A DNA stretch of 32,000 nt from Prochlorococcus sp. MIT 0801 (GTDB lineage: Bacteria; Cyanobacteriota; Cyanobacteriia; PCC-6307; Cyanobiaceae), in contig NZ_CP007754.1 in the NCBI RefSeq assembly GCF_000757865.1, positions 300,001 to 332,000 on the forward strand, read 5' to 3'. The position numbers and the translations under genes were made by a program. Below are positions 9,900-18,975 of this stretch, one piece after another (position 1 is the first letter of the stretch; every line of letters starts with the position of its first letter). Under the pieces are notes generated by a model. The model was not told the DNA's origin, did no database searches, and saw nothing but the letters and a program-made list of their open reading frames with translations.

Positions 9900-11493
9900 A
9901 CTTCTCCTTTAAAAACTTACTTAATTTATCAATATCATCAATTTTAAGAATAATTGCTAGACAATAAAAGATAATCATACTAATTCCAGATGATATTATT
10001 AATTTTAATAATAAATTGATAAAACTATAGGGTATAAATATTACTTTAAAAATAAAGAATGAGCAAATACCAGAAATTAGACCTATTAGAATAATTCTCA
10101 GATTCTGAGATAATAGATTAGATAAATCTAGATTATCTAATTTATGATTTAATTTAAATAGTAAAAGTATGCAAGCAAAGAAATTAACAAATGTAGTTGA
10201 AAAGACTAATCCATTTACTCCTAAGTTTAGGGGTGATAGCTCCCCCCATGGACTTGAGCCTCCTATGAAAAACCAGTCAAAAAATAAATTTAATAATATT
10301 GCTATGATTGATATTCTAAATGGTGTTTTTGCATCCTCTATACCATAAAAAACTCTTACTAATAGATCTCTACATAGATAAAAAGGCATGCCTATTCCAT
10401 ATGCAATTAATAGTTGACTTACTACATCAACCGCATTTTGATTGAATGAACCTCTCCCATAGATTAATATAACTATTGGAGTAGAAAGTGAAATAAATAT
10501 CGATCCTAAAAACACCATAGAAGTCGACGAAAGAATTAATCCCTGATGGATTTTTTTGATCAATTTTAAATGATTTTCTCGAGCTCTTAAACTTACAAAA
10601 ACTGGTAATAATGGAATTAAAATAGAATTTGATACTATTCCAAGAGGTGCTTGAACTAAAAAGTTCGCGTAACTTAAGGCAGCTGCAGCACCAACTATTT
10701 TCGATGCAAAGAATAAATCAGTAAAAACATTAATTTGTATCATTCCTGAAGATAGTGATGCAGGGGCAATCATTTTCAAGGCCCTTTTTAGTTCTGCATA
10801 TTTTGTTCTTATTGAAAAACTTATCGCAAATATTCCTTTTTTTATTAGGAACGGTATTTGAATTAAATATTGAGAAAGGGCACCTATAAATGTAGCCTTA
10901 GCTAAAATAATTCCTCCTCTCATATTCAATCCATCTATATCAATAGTATTTCCTTTGTTTATCCAAAAGTTTGATATTGAAATTATGATTACTAGACTTG
11001 AAACTAATGGAGCGATAGAGGGAATCAAAAATTCTTTCTTTGCATTTAGTGATCCAAATCCAAGACCTATTAATCCAGAAAGGAAGATTATTGGAGACAT
11101 TATTTTTAATTGATAGGATGCTATTTCTTTTATTTCAGGGGTTAAACTAGGTCCAACTAAATTAATCAAAAAATCAGATGAAAAGAAAATAAAAAAACTT
11201 ATAATTAATAGTATTATAGATAAAATATTATTGATTGAACTTATAAATAATCTACTGTCAACTTTATTTTTATCTGCCAATAGTGTAACCATTGAGTTAT
11301 GCAATGGACCATTAATACCTCCTAAGAGAACTAAAAAAAATCCAGGTATAATATAAGCATAATTATATGCATCATATGCAGCACTAATTCCGAAAGCACC
11401 AGCAATAACTAGTTGCCTTGCCATCCCTACAAATTTGCTCAATAAAGTTCCTAAACTTACGACGAAAGCAATTTCTTTGATTGATTTCGACAT
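9886..11493 (-). CDS. murJ: Lipid II flippase MurJ/MviN
   Basis: 535 aa polytopic membrane protein. N-terminus 'SLGTLLSKFVGMARQLVIAGAFG', plus 'AYDAYNYAYIIPGF' and 'LLPVFVSL', typical of MviN/MurJ (MOP superfamily). Confidence 0.9.
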   Translation of the reverse strand: MSKSIKEIAFVVSLGTLLSKFVGMARQLVIAGAFGISAAYDAYNYAYIIPGFFLVLLGGINGPLHNSMVTLLADKNKVDSRLFISSINNILSIILLIISFFIFFSSDFLINLVGPSLTPEIKEIASYQLKIMSPIIFLSGLIGLGFGSLNAKKEFLIPSIAPLVSSLVIIISISNFWINKGNTIDIDGLNMRGGIILAKATFIGALSQYLIQIPFLIKKGIFAISFSIRTKYAELKRALKMIAPASLSSGMIQINVFTDLFFASKIVGAAAALSYANFLVQAPLGIVSNSILIPLLPVFVSLRARENHLKLIKKIHQGLILSSTSMVFLGSIFISLSTPIVILIYGRGSFNQNAVDVVSQLLIAYGIGMPFYLCRDLLVRVFYGIEDAKTPFRISIIAILLNLFFDWFFIGGSSPWGELSPLNLGVNGLVFSTTFVNFFACILLLFKLNHKLDNLDLSNLLSQNLRIILIGLISGICSFFIFKVIFIPYSFINLLLKLIISSGISMIIFYCLAIILKIDDIDKLSKFLKEKFIRL

Positions 11494-11568
11494 GTTAAAT
11501 TTGAAAAAAGAGAACTTTCATTTTTCTAGAATATTTTGTAGTCCTTGTTTTAATTGGATGTTAATTAA

Positions 11569-12336
11569 GTGATTGAAATTGGCAAAACCATTATTAAGTT
11601 TCCTCCTCTTATAGAGGGAATATTAATTAAGAGATATAAGAGGTTTTTGGCGGATATTGAATTGGATGATGGAGAGGTTGTTACAGCGCATTGTGCAAAC
11701 ACAGGCCCGATGAAAGGGGTCTTGTGGCCTGGGCGAAGAGTCAGACTCAAGTATTCTCCTTCTCCCAAACGTAAATTAGATTGGTCTTGGGAGCAAGCTG
11801 AGGTTCCTAGTCATAATGAGAACAAGAAATGCTGGGTAGGTATTAATACATCTTTGCCTAATAAATTGATTAAACATCTAATTGAAGCAAATTGTTTAGA
11901 GAAGCAATTTGGTCAAATTTCAAGCATTAAGCCTGAAGTTGTTTATGGCTTTGAGAGAAAAAGTAGAATTGATCTATTGCTTTATCCCAGCATTCAGAAT
12001 GAAGATAGTAGAAAGATATTTGTCGAGGTTAAAAATACAACTTGGTGTCAAGATTCTTTAGCATTGTTCCCAGATACAGTAACGACTAGAGGTCAAAAAC
12101 ATTTAATAGAATTAATGAGTATTTATCCAGATTCTCGAGCAGTCCTAATTCCTTGTATTAGTAGAAGTGATATAGAACTTTTTGCACCTGGTGACATAGC
12201 AGATCCTGAATATGGGAGGTTGTTTAGAGAGGCAATAGCTAAGGGTGTTGAAGTGATTCCATGCGCATTTGGTTTTTTTGCAGATCACATCACCTGGGAG
12301 GGTGTTAGACCATTTCAGAATTCGAGAGAAAAATAA
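11569..12336 (+). CDS. sfsA: Sugar fermentation stimulation protein SfsA family
   Basis: '[32 protein letters not shown]', 'RIDLLL', 'FVEVKNTT' and '[13 protein letters not shown]' are SfsA hallmarks. GTG start. Confidence 0.9.
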   Translation: MIEIGKTIIKFPPLIEGILIKRYKRFLADIELDDGEVVTAHCANTGPMKGVLWPGRRVRLKYSPSPKRKLDWSWEQAEVPSHNENKKCWVGINTSLPNKLIKHLIEANCLEKQFGQISSIKPEVVYGFERKSRIDLLLYPSIQNEDSRKIFVEVKNTTWCQDSLALFPDTVTTRGQKHLIELMSIYPDSRAVLIPCISRSDIELFAPGDIADPEYGRLFREAIAKGVEVIPCAFGFFADHITWEGVRPFQNSREK

Positions 12337-12413
12337 ATTATTTAATATAAGTCACAGTTTTAAATAGTTTACCTATTAAAACTAGTTCTTGGTTTTGGCT
12401 GTACTGCTTCAGC

Positions 12414-12463
12414 TATTTACACATTTATAAATTCAATTAATTGAATTTATAAATGTGTAAATA
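12414..12463. repeat. 50-nt perfect palindrome (25-bp arms, no spacer)
   Basis: I checked it base by base. 12414-12438 (TATTTACACATTTATAAATTCAATT) is the exact reverse complement of 12439-12463. The first mismatch is 12413 against 12464. Only 3 of the 25 pairs are G:C. Confidence 0.95.
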
Positions 12464-12493
12464 AGAACATATTTTCAAGACTAAACTCTTTTT

Positions 12494-12509
12494 TGTATAA
12501 ACACTTACA
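12494..12509 (+). promoter_or_regulatory. NtcA-type binding site (TGTA-N8-TACA) upstream of amt1
   Basis: tGTAtaaacactTACa: GTA at 12495-12497 and TAC at 12506-12508, matching the GTA-N8-TAC consensus. -10-like hexamers CATATT (12532-12537) and TATTTA (12534-12539) start 23-25 nt downstream of the box. The amt1 ATG is at 12598. Confidence 0.6.
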
Positions 12510-12597
12510 TCTTGTATGTATGTGTTGCATACATATTTAATGTTGTATAAATTTTGGATTAACTATCCATTTCTTTTTCTCGAAGTAAGCATCATTT

Positions 12598-14088
12598 ATG
12601 ACCACTGCTTTGCAATCGCCTCCAAGGCGTACTACTTCCCGTCTTCAAGACGCAAGTCTTTTGAACGGGCCAATGCTTCTTTTAAGAAGTATTAAAGGCT
12701 TTAGAAGAAGTCAGTCTTGGGCATGGCTAGCCTCTATCCCCTTGGCCCTTTTGGGGTTAGGTGTTTTCACTTTCTCTGCAAGAGCTGAGGTTGCTCTTTC
12801 AGATTTAACAGGACCACAAGCCGCTGCTTTCTTGGCGGACAACCTTTGGTTATTTATAGCCACAATCCTCGTTATTTTTATGAACGCGGGATTCGCAATG
12901 GTTGAAGCTGGTATGTGCCGTCAAAAAAATGCGGTCAACATTTTAGCTAAAAATTTATTTGTTTTTGCTCTTGCTGTTACTGCCTACTGGGTAGTTGGTT
13001 ATTCCTTAATGTATGGCGGTTCAGTGATTGATGGATGGCTTTATTTCCAAGGCTTATTCGTTGATCCTGATCCTTCAGGTGCACTTGAGTGCGCAGCCGC
13101 TGGAGATACAGGTTGTCTTGTCCCAGCAGTTGATTTCCTTTTTCAATCTGCTTTTGCTGGTACTGCTGCAACGATCGTTTCGGGATTGGTTGCTGAGAGA
13201 GTCAAATTTGGTGAATTTGTGGTTTTCTCAATAGTTTTGACTGCTTTTATCTATCCAATTGCAGGAAGTTGGCAGTGGAATGGTGGTTGGCTTGCTGAAC
13301 TTGGTTTTATTGATTTTGCTGGTTCATCTATTGTCCACTCTGTTGGAGGATGGGCAGGTCTTGTTGGAGCAATGCTTCTAGGACCACGTATTGGCAAATT
13401 TGTTGATGGCAAAGCTCAAGCGATGCCTGGACACAATATGGCCATTGCAACTTTAGGAGCATTAATCCTTTGGATTGGTTGGTACGGATTCAACCCTGGC
13501 TCAGAATTAGCAATGGATCAATATGTTGCTTACGTCGCAGTAACAACAACTTTGGCAGCAGCTGGTGGTGCAATCGCCGCTACAGTTTTATCTACCATTA
13601 CTTCTGGCAAGCCTGATCTAACCATGATAATCAATGGCATTCTTGCTGGATTAGTAAGTATCACTGCTGGTTGTGGCAATATGACTTTTGCTGGATCTTG
13701 GCTCGCTGGTGCTGTAGGTGGATTAATCGTCGTAGTTGCAGTAGCTGCTTTGGATTCTGCAGGTATTGATGATCCAGTTGGTGCTTTCTCAGTTCACGGA
13801 GTTTGTGGGGTCTGGGGAACTATTGTTATCGGCCTTTGGGGCGTTGATGGAATGGATCCTGGAGCTGCAGGAATTGGTCTTCTCAATGGAGGAGGAATTA
13901 ACCAATTCTTCATTCAAGCATTAGGAGCAGCTGCTTATGGCATATGGACTGTTGTGACATGCTGGATTGCTTGGCAAATTATTGGTGGCTTCTTCGGAGG
14001 TATCAGAGTTAGCGAAGCAGAAGAGACACAGGGACTTGATATTGGCGAGCATGGAATGGAGGCTTATCCTGACTTTGCTTCTAGCTAG
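12598..14088 (+). CDS. amt1: Ammonium transporter (Amt family)
   Basis: 'NAGFAMVEAGMCR', 'DFAGSSIVHSVGGWAGLVGAMLLGPR', 'GWYGFNPGS' and 'SVHGVCGVWGT' are Amt/MEP signatures. Signal-peptide-like segment 'WAWLASIPLALLGLGVFTFSARA'. An alternative in-frame start (Met26) lies at 12673. Confidence 0.95.
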   Translation: MTTALQSPPRRTTSRLQDASLLNGPMLLLRSIKGFRRSQSWAWLASIPLALLGLGVFTFSARAEVALSDLTGPQAAAFLADNLWLFIATILVIFMNAGFAMVEAGMCRQKNAVNILAKNLFVFALAVTAYWVVGYSLMYGGSVIDGWLYFQGLFVDPDPSGALECAAAGDTGCLVPAVDFLFQSAFAGTAATIVSGLVAERVKFGEFVVFSIVLTAFIYPIAGSWQWNGGWLAELGFIDFAGSSIVHSVGGWAGLVGAMLLGPRIGKFVDGKAQAMPGHNMAIATLGALILWIGWYGFNPGSELAMDQYVAYVAVTTTLAAAGGAIAATVLSTITSGKPDLTMIINGILAGLVSITAGCGNMTFAGSWLAGAVGGLIVVVAVAALDSAGIDDPVGAFSVHGVCGVWGTIVIGLWGVDGMDPGAAGIGLLNGGGINQFFIQALGAAAYGIWTVVTCWIAWQIIGGFFGGIRVSEAEETQGLDIGEHGMEAYPDFASS

Positions 14089-14120
14089 TTAACTTGTTTA
14101 ATTGTCTTACATTAAATCTA

Positions 14121-14150
14121 AAAAAGCCCGGAATATTTCTGGGCTTTTTT
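14121..14150 (+). terminator. Rho-independent terminator of amt1
   Basis: AGCCCGGAA (14125-14133) pairs with TTCTGGGCT (14137-14145), with one G.T pair. It is followed by TTTTT and sits 33 nt after the amt1 stop. Confidence 0.8.
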
Positions 14151-14207
14151 AGTGTGGTTTAATAGTGATGAGATTCCTATCAATTTGTTTTTTACTATTT
14201 AATTGAA

Positions 14208-15413
14208 ATGGATACTCAAGCCTTCAAGCAAACCCTTCATAAATCGGATCGTTATAACCGACGAGGATTTGGTTCAGCAAATAAGCGAGCTCAAGCACTT
14301 GCTGAGGCTTATCAAAGTGGTTTGATTGGATCTATTAGAGAAAATGGAAATCTTTTAGAGCATGGAAGATTAAAAGTTAAACTTGCAGAAGCTTTTGGAT
14401 TTTGTTGGGGAGTAGAAAGATCAGTAGCAATGGCTTATGAGACTAGGAAGCATTATCCAAATGAAAGAATTTGGATAACTAATGAAATCATTCATAACCC
14501 CTCTGTGAATGATCATTTAAGGAAAATGAATGTTCTTTTTATTACTGAGGAGAAAGGGATCAAAGATTTTTCAGTAGTAAAAGATGGAGATGTAGTAATT
14601 CTTCCTGCATTTGGAGCAACGGTTCAAGATATGAAGCTTTTACACGATAGAGGTTGTCATATTATTGATACAACTTGCCCATGGGTTTCAAAAGTTTGGC
14701 ATACAGTCGAAAAGCATAAAAAACATACATTCACATCAATTATTCATGGCAAATATAAACACGAAGAAACTTTAGCGACTAGTTCTTTCGCAGGGACTTA
14801 TCTAGTTCTATTTGACCTTGAAGAGGCGAATTATGTTTCTGATTATATTTTAGGCAAGGGAAATAGAGAAGATTTCTTAAAGCGTTTTTCAAAAGCTTCT
14901 TCATCAGGATTCGATCCAGATAAGGATTTGCAAAAAGTTGGAGTTGCTAATCAGACCACAATGTTAAAAAGCGAAACTGAGGAAATAGGAAGATTGTTTG
15001 AGAAAACAATGTTGCAACGATTTGGACCAGCTCAATTGAACGAACATTTTCTAGCTATTAATACCATTTGTGATGCTACTGAAGAAAGACAGGGAGCAAT
15101 GTTTTCGCTAGTTGATGAACCTCTTGATCTTATGGTTGTAATTGGTGGATTCAATTCTTCCAACACAACTCATCTTCAAGAAATCGCAATTAGTAGGGGG
15201 ATTCGTTCATTTCATATTGATACTCCAGAGAGAATTGGAGAAGAGACCAATACCATTACTCATATGCCTCTAGAGGGAGGAGAATTGTTAACTGAGGAAA
15301 ATTTTCTTCAAAAGGGAAATATTAGTGTAGGTATTACTTCTGGTGCTTCAACTCCCGACCGTGTAGTTGAAGATGTTATCCACAAGCTAATGAAAATAGG
15401 CGAAAATTTTTGA
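14208..15413 (+). CDS. ispH: 4-hydroxy-3-methylbut-2-enyl diphosphate reductase
   Basis: '[10 protein letters not shown]', '[10 protein letters not shown]' and '[11 protein letters not shown]' carry the three Fe-S cysteines. The long N-terminal extension is typical of cyanobacterial and plant IspH. Confidence 0.95.
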   Translation: MDTQAFKQTLHKSDRYNRRGFGSANKRAQALAEAYQSGLIGSIRENGNLLEHGRLKVKLAEAFGFCWGVERSVAMAYETRKHYPNERIWITNEIIHNPSVNDHLRKMNVLFITEEKGIKDFSVVKDGDVVILPAFGATVQDMKLLHDRGCHIIDTTCPWVSKVWHTVEKHKKHTFTSIIHGKYKHEETLATSSFAGTYLVLFDLEEANYVSDYILGKGNREDFLKRFSKASSSGFDPDKDLQKVGVANQTTMLKSETEEIGRLFEKTMLQRFGPAQLNEHFLAINTICDATEERQGAMFSLVDEPLDLMVVIGGFNSSNTTHLQEIAISRGIRSFHIDTPERIGEETNTITHMPLEGGELLTEENFLQKGNISVGITSGASTPDRVVEDVIHKLMKIGENF

Positions 15414-15475
15414 TAAGAAAAAAACGCAATTTTGCTCCAATCTCTCGTAGGATAGTTAATAGTTTTTAGTAGAAG

Positions 15476-16009
15476 ATGACTCAAGCAAACAAATCTAATC
15501 TTAAAGATCCTGATTCACAAAAAGTTGAAGTGGTTGTTCAAAGCCCTGAAGGTGAAGTGAATATTTTTGGTGAACTATCAATCTTTGTCCTGAGAGTTAG
15601 CTTTAGTTTGTTCATGGTTCATCACGGTCTGGAAAAATTGAGTGATCCAGGAGGATTCGCTGAATTTGTGGTAGGCAAATACTTCAGCTTTCTTCCTGGT
15701 GATCCTGTGATTTGGACTTATTTGGCGGGAGTAACTCAAATAGTTTGTCCAATTGGATTAGCAACAGGAGTATTGGCAAGATTATCCTCCTTGGGGCTGT
15801 TCTCAACTATGGTTTTTGCTTTGTATTTCCATTTCATAGATACTGGTTTAGAGGGATTCCCTTTTGCTGTAGTCGAAAATCACAATTATATTTTTGAATT
15901 ATCCGCTATTTATGCAGCAATATCATTTTATTTCTTATGTGCAGGTCCTGGCAGATTATCACTTTTCAGGAAATCTAATAAAATAACTTACTATCCAAAA
16001 GGATCGTAA
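15476..16009 (+). CDS. DoxX-family membrane protein
   Basis: Four predicted TM helices. 'LRVSFSLFMVHHGLEKL' resembles the DoxX motif (R...G..F..HG..K). Confidence 0.7.
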   Translation: MTQANKSNLKDPDSQKVEVVVQSPEGEVNIFGELSIFVLRVSFSLFMVHHGLEKLSDPGGFAEFVVGKYFSFLPGDPVIWTYLAGVTQIVCPIGLATGVLARLSSLGLFSTMVFALYFHFIDTGLEGFPFAVVENHNYIFELSAIYAAISFYFLCAGPGRLSLFRKSNKITYYPKGS

Positions 16010-16070
16010 TTAAGTATAAATTTAAAGTAAAGAATAATATATTTAAGAAAACCAACTCTTTGAGTTTATC

Positions 16071-17627
16071 TCAATGTAAAAAGTGCCTTTTACCAGTAAG
16101 AATCATTTTTATTCCAAATTCATTGCAGGCTTTAATAGAATCTTTGTCTCTAATACTTCCACCTGGCTGAATAATTGCACTAATACCATAATCAGAAGCC
16201 ATCTTTACAGTATCGTCGAATGGGAAAAACCCATCACTAGCCATTACAGCACCTTTTGATTTTGTACCAGCAACTTCCAATGCAAGTTTTGCTGAACCTA
16301 CCCTATTCATTTGACCAGCACCAATCCCTAGACTCTGCTGATTGGATGCTACGGCTATTGCATTTGATCGTATATGTTTTACGATTTTCCATGCAAAAGA
16401 TAAGTCATTCATTTCTTCATCTGTTGGGATTAGTTCCGTAACAGTTTTCCATTCTTTTTGATCAATACTTGGTTCGTCTAAATCTTGAATTAATAAACCA
16501 CCAAGTATGCTTCTTATGTGATTTTGATCTGCTTTTTGAATAGACTCAGCTTTTAATTCCAAGAGCCTAAGATTTTTCTTTTTTGAAAGTATTTCTTTTG
16601 CATTCTCATCAAAATATGGAGCTACAACACATTCAATAAATATATTTTCAATTTCTTTTGCTGCAGCTTCATTAACAGGGCAATTGATAGCAATAATACC
16701 CCCAAAAGCACTTACTCTATCCCCATCTAATGCTTTTTTAAGAGCTGAGGATGAAGAATCTCCAATAGCTACTCCACAAGGATTTGTATGCTTAATTACT
16801 ACCGCTGCTTTTTGATATGAGGGGTTACTAATAGTATTTTCATAACCAAATTCACGAAGAGTAGATAAAGCAGCCTCCAGATCTAAAAGATTATTTGTAC
16901 TTAATTCTTTGCCTTGTAATTGTTTAGCTCCACTCCATCCTTTTTCAGGCTCTCCATACCATGAAGCTTTTTGATGAGGATTTTCTCCATACCTCAGTTC
17001 TTGCTTTAGTGGCAAGCTTTGCAACCAAGAAACCTTTTTTGAGGAGCTTTGATTAGCAATCCATTTACTTATTGTTAGGTCATAGGTGGCGGTATGCTCA
17101 AAAGCTTGTTGCGAATATTTTTTTCGTAATTCAGTAGTGATCTTTTTTGATTTATAGGCATCAATTAAGTATGAGTATTGACTTGGATCAGTAACTACAA
17201 GAACATCTTGATGATTTTTTGCTGCTGCTCGGATCATTGTTGGCCCGCCGATATCAATATTTTCGATAGCTTCCTCCCATGAAACATTCTCTTTGGAAAT
17301 TGTTTTTTCAAATGGATATAAGTTAACAACCACCAAGTCTATCGGATTGATATTTTGTTTATCTAAATCATCTAAATGAGATTGTTTATCTCGTCTGGCT
17401 AATATCCCTCCATGAATTTTTGGATTTAGTGTTTTTACTCTTCCTCCAAGAATTTCTGGGAATCCTGTGTAATCTGCGACTCGTGTAACAGGAAGATTTT
17501 CACTCTCAATTAACTTTGCAGTCCCGCCACTTGAAATAATTTTGAAGCCCAGTTCATTAACTAATGCTTTCGCAAGTGGAATTAAGCCAGTTTTGTCTGA
17601 GACACTTAGCAGAGCTATCGGTGACAT
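16071..17627 (-). CDS. purH: Bifunctional AICAR formyltransferase / IMP cyclohydrolase
   Basis: '[11 protein letters not shown]', 'SSGGTAK', '[16 protein letters not shown]', 'VVVNLYPF', 'IKHTNPCG' and 'IQPGGSIRD'. Confidence 0.95.
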   Translation of the reverse strand: MSPIALLSVSDKTGLIPLAKALVNELGFKIISSGGTAKLIESENLPVTRVADYTGFPEILGGRVKTLNPKIHGGILARRDKQSHLDDLDKQNINPIDLVVVNLYPFEKTISKENVSWEEAIENIDIGGPTMIRAAAKNHQDVLVVTDPSQYSYLIDAYKSKKITTELRKKYSQQAFEHTATYDLTISKWIANQSSSKKVSWLQSLPLKQELRYGENPHQKASWYGEPEKGWSGAKQLQGKELSTNNLLDLEAALSTLREFGYENTISNPSYQKAAVVIKHTNPCGVAIGDSSSSALKKALDGDRVSAFGGIIAINCPVNEAAAKEIENIFIECVVAPYFDENAKEILSKKKNLRLLELKAESIQKADQNHIRSILGGLLIQDLDEPSIDQKEWKTVTELIPTDEEMNDLSFAWKIVKHIRSNAIAVASNQQSLGIGAGQMNRVGSAKLALEVAGTKSKGAVMASDGFFPFDDTVKMASDYGISAIIQPGGSIRDKDSIKACNEFGIKMILTGKRHFLH

Positions 17628-17690
17628 TTTTATTTTTGAAATCTATTCTTCTCGATAACCTACGCATCAAAGAAGAATATTGCATTCAAG

Positions 17691-18296
17691 ATGACTGAAC
17701 TAATCTCTTTAAACTCTGAATCCGCAACAAATAGACTTATTTTGCTGCATGGTTGGGGGGCTGATGCCCATGATTTAATGCCTATTGGGAAATTATTAAC
17801 TGATGGATTAAAAGATCCTTTTGAAATAGTTTCTCTTTCTGCTCCTCAGCCTCATCCAAGCGGATCAGGTAGGCAATGGTACCCTTTATACCCTCACGAA
17901 TGGGAACAGGTCCCCAATGCAGTGTTAGATCTTGAAAAACGCTTAAATAATCTTTGCACTAAACAAATTCCTTTAGACAAGACATTGTTATTGGGCTTTT
18001 CTCAAGGAGGTGCAATTGCCTTAGATATTGCGACAAGAATTAAATTTCAGGGAGTTTTTGCACTTAGCTCATATCCTCATCCAGATTGGGAACCTACAAA
18101 AAATATGCCACCTATTTTTCTTTGCCATGGCGAAATGGACTCAGTAGTCCCAAAAGCTGCTTCTAAGAAAAGTCTTGATATTTTGGTGGGAAATGGAGTT
18201 AAAGCAGAATTATTTTTTTTCGATGGAGGCCATGAAATTAATAATGATCTAATTGGTTATTGCCGTGGGAAAATTGAACAACTATTTTTAAGTTAA
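17691..18296 (+). CDS. Phospholipase/carboxylesterase-family alpha/beta hydrolase
   Basis: 'ILLHGWGA', nucleophile elbow 'GFSQGGA', 'CHGEMDSVVP' (Asp) and 'GGHEI' (His). Confidence 0.85.
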   Translation: MTELISLNSESATNRLILLHGWGADAHDLMPIGKLLTDGLKDPFEIVSLSAPQPHPSGSGRQWYPLYPHEWEQVPNAVLDLEKRLNNLCTKQIPLDKTLLLGFSQGGAIALDIATRIKFQGVFALSSYPHPDWEPTKNMPPIFLCHGEMDSVVPKAASKKSLDILVGNGVKAELFFFDGGHEINNDLIGYCRGKIEQLFLS

Positions 18297-18661
18297 ACAA
18301 AAGCATATTCATACTCTTCGATTTCTTCCCAGTCATCTGCTGTAAGTTCTAGACCAGCAAAGATTTTGTCTTCACCCAGGAACTCAACAATCACTCTTAA
18401 AGAAGGGAACAGGAAATGATTTTCTTCAGCATATTGAGCACTAAACAAACCTTTCTCTCCCCAAAAAAAGCGATCAGTAGTGTGCTCATTACGACGTACA
18501 TTTAATATAGCTGGGGCATAGAGCCCCTCTTCTGCGATAAATCTTCTAGCTGCTGTTACAGGCTTGTGCTGACCTGTACCTAAATGGAAAATAGGTACAT
18601 GGGACATAACACGCTGTCCTGCCAGTCTTCTTCTGCTAATTCTTTTGCGCTTCTTAGACAT
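18293..18661 (-). CDS. Conserved hypothetical protein, 122 aa (basic N-terminus, acidic C-terminus)
   Basis: Clean ORF. 'NEHTTDRFFWGEKGLFSAQYAEENHFLFPSLRV' looks like a conserved cyanobacterial DUF, but I cannot name it reliably. An alternative start is Met19. Confidence 0.65.
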   Translation of the reverse strand: MSKKRKRISRRRLAGQRVMSHVPIFHLGTGQHKPVTAARRFIAEEGLYAPAILNVRRNEHTTDRFFWGEKGLFSAQYAEENHFLFPSLRVIVEFLGEDKIFAGLELTADDWEEIEEYEYAFV

Positions 18662-18975
18662 GAAAAAACTACCTTTATTTGTTTGGAGAGAGTTAGAGGT
18701 TTTTCTTTTTTATTGGCTCTAGCCTAAGCAAGAGTTTTTAAGAAAAATAATTTGAAACTGAGGAGAAAACCTTTCTCAAATAATTAAAAAGTTGACTACA
18801 GAGGTTACCCATCAATCTCTGCAACAGCCTCAAAGTCACTTAAAGTGCTCACTTTTTGATTTAATTTGAGATAGCCTCCTAGTTAAGGAATCTAAATTCT
18901 TTATTAACATCTTAATACTTTTTTCAAATTTTTCAAGTTTTTGAATCTTTCTTTTTACCTGACTAAGATTGCGTA

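Noticed and set aside
12513-12533. Inverted repeat TGTATG-N9-CATACA between the NtcA box and the -10 region of amt1, considered as a second NtcA site or operator.
   Set aside because: The spacing does not fit GTA-N8-TAC (13 nt lie between GTA and TAC). Six-bp arms are within chance expectation. It is worth remembering only if footprinting shows protection.
12673-12750. 'GFRRSQSW' in the Amt1 leader, considered as a twin-arginine (Tat) signal given that tatA is in the same window.
   Set aside because: It does not match the S/T-R-R-x-F-L-K consensus beyond the RR pair. Polytopic Amt transporters are inserted via Sec/YidC. The co-occurrence with tatA 11 kb away is not meaningful.
12977-13234. 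Two overlapping ORFs of 64 and 68 aa inside amt1, one on each strand or frame. Similar internal ORFs occur at 11565-11768, 15712-15897, 16256-16441, 21334-21546, 24033-24230, 29268-29471 and 30540-30836.
   Set aside because: All are nested in strongly supported genes. None has a recognisable motif or an independent ribosome-binding context.
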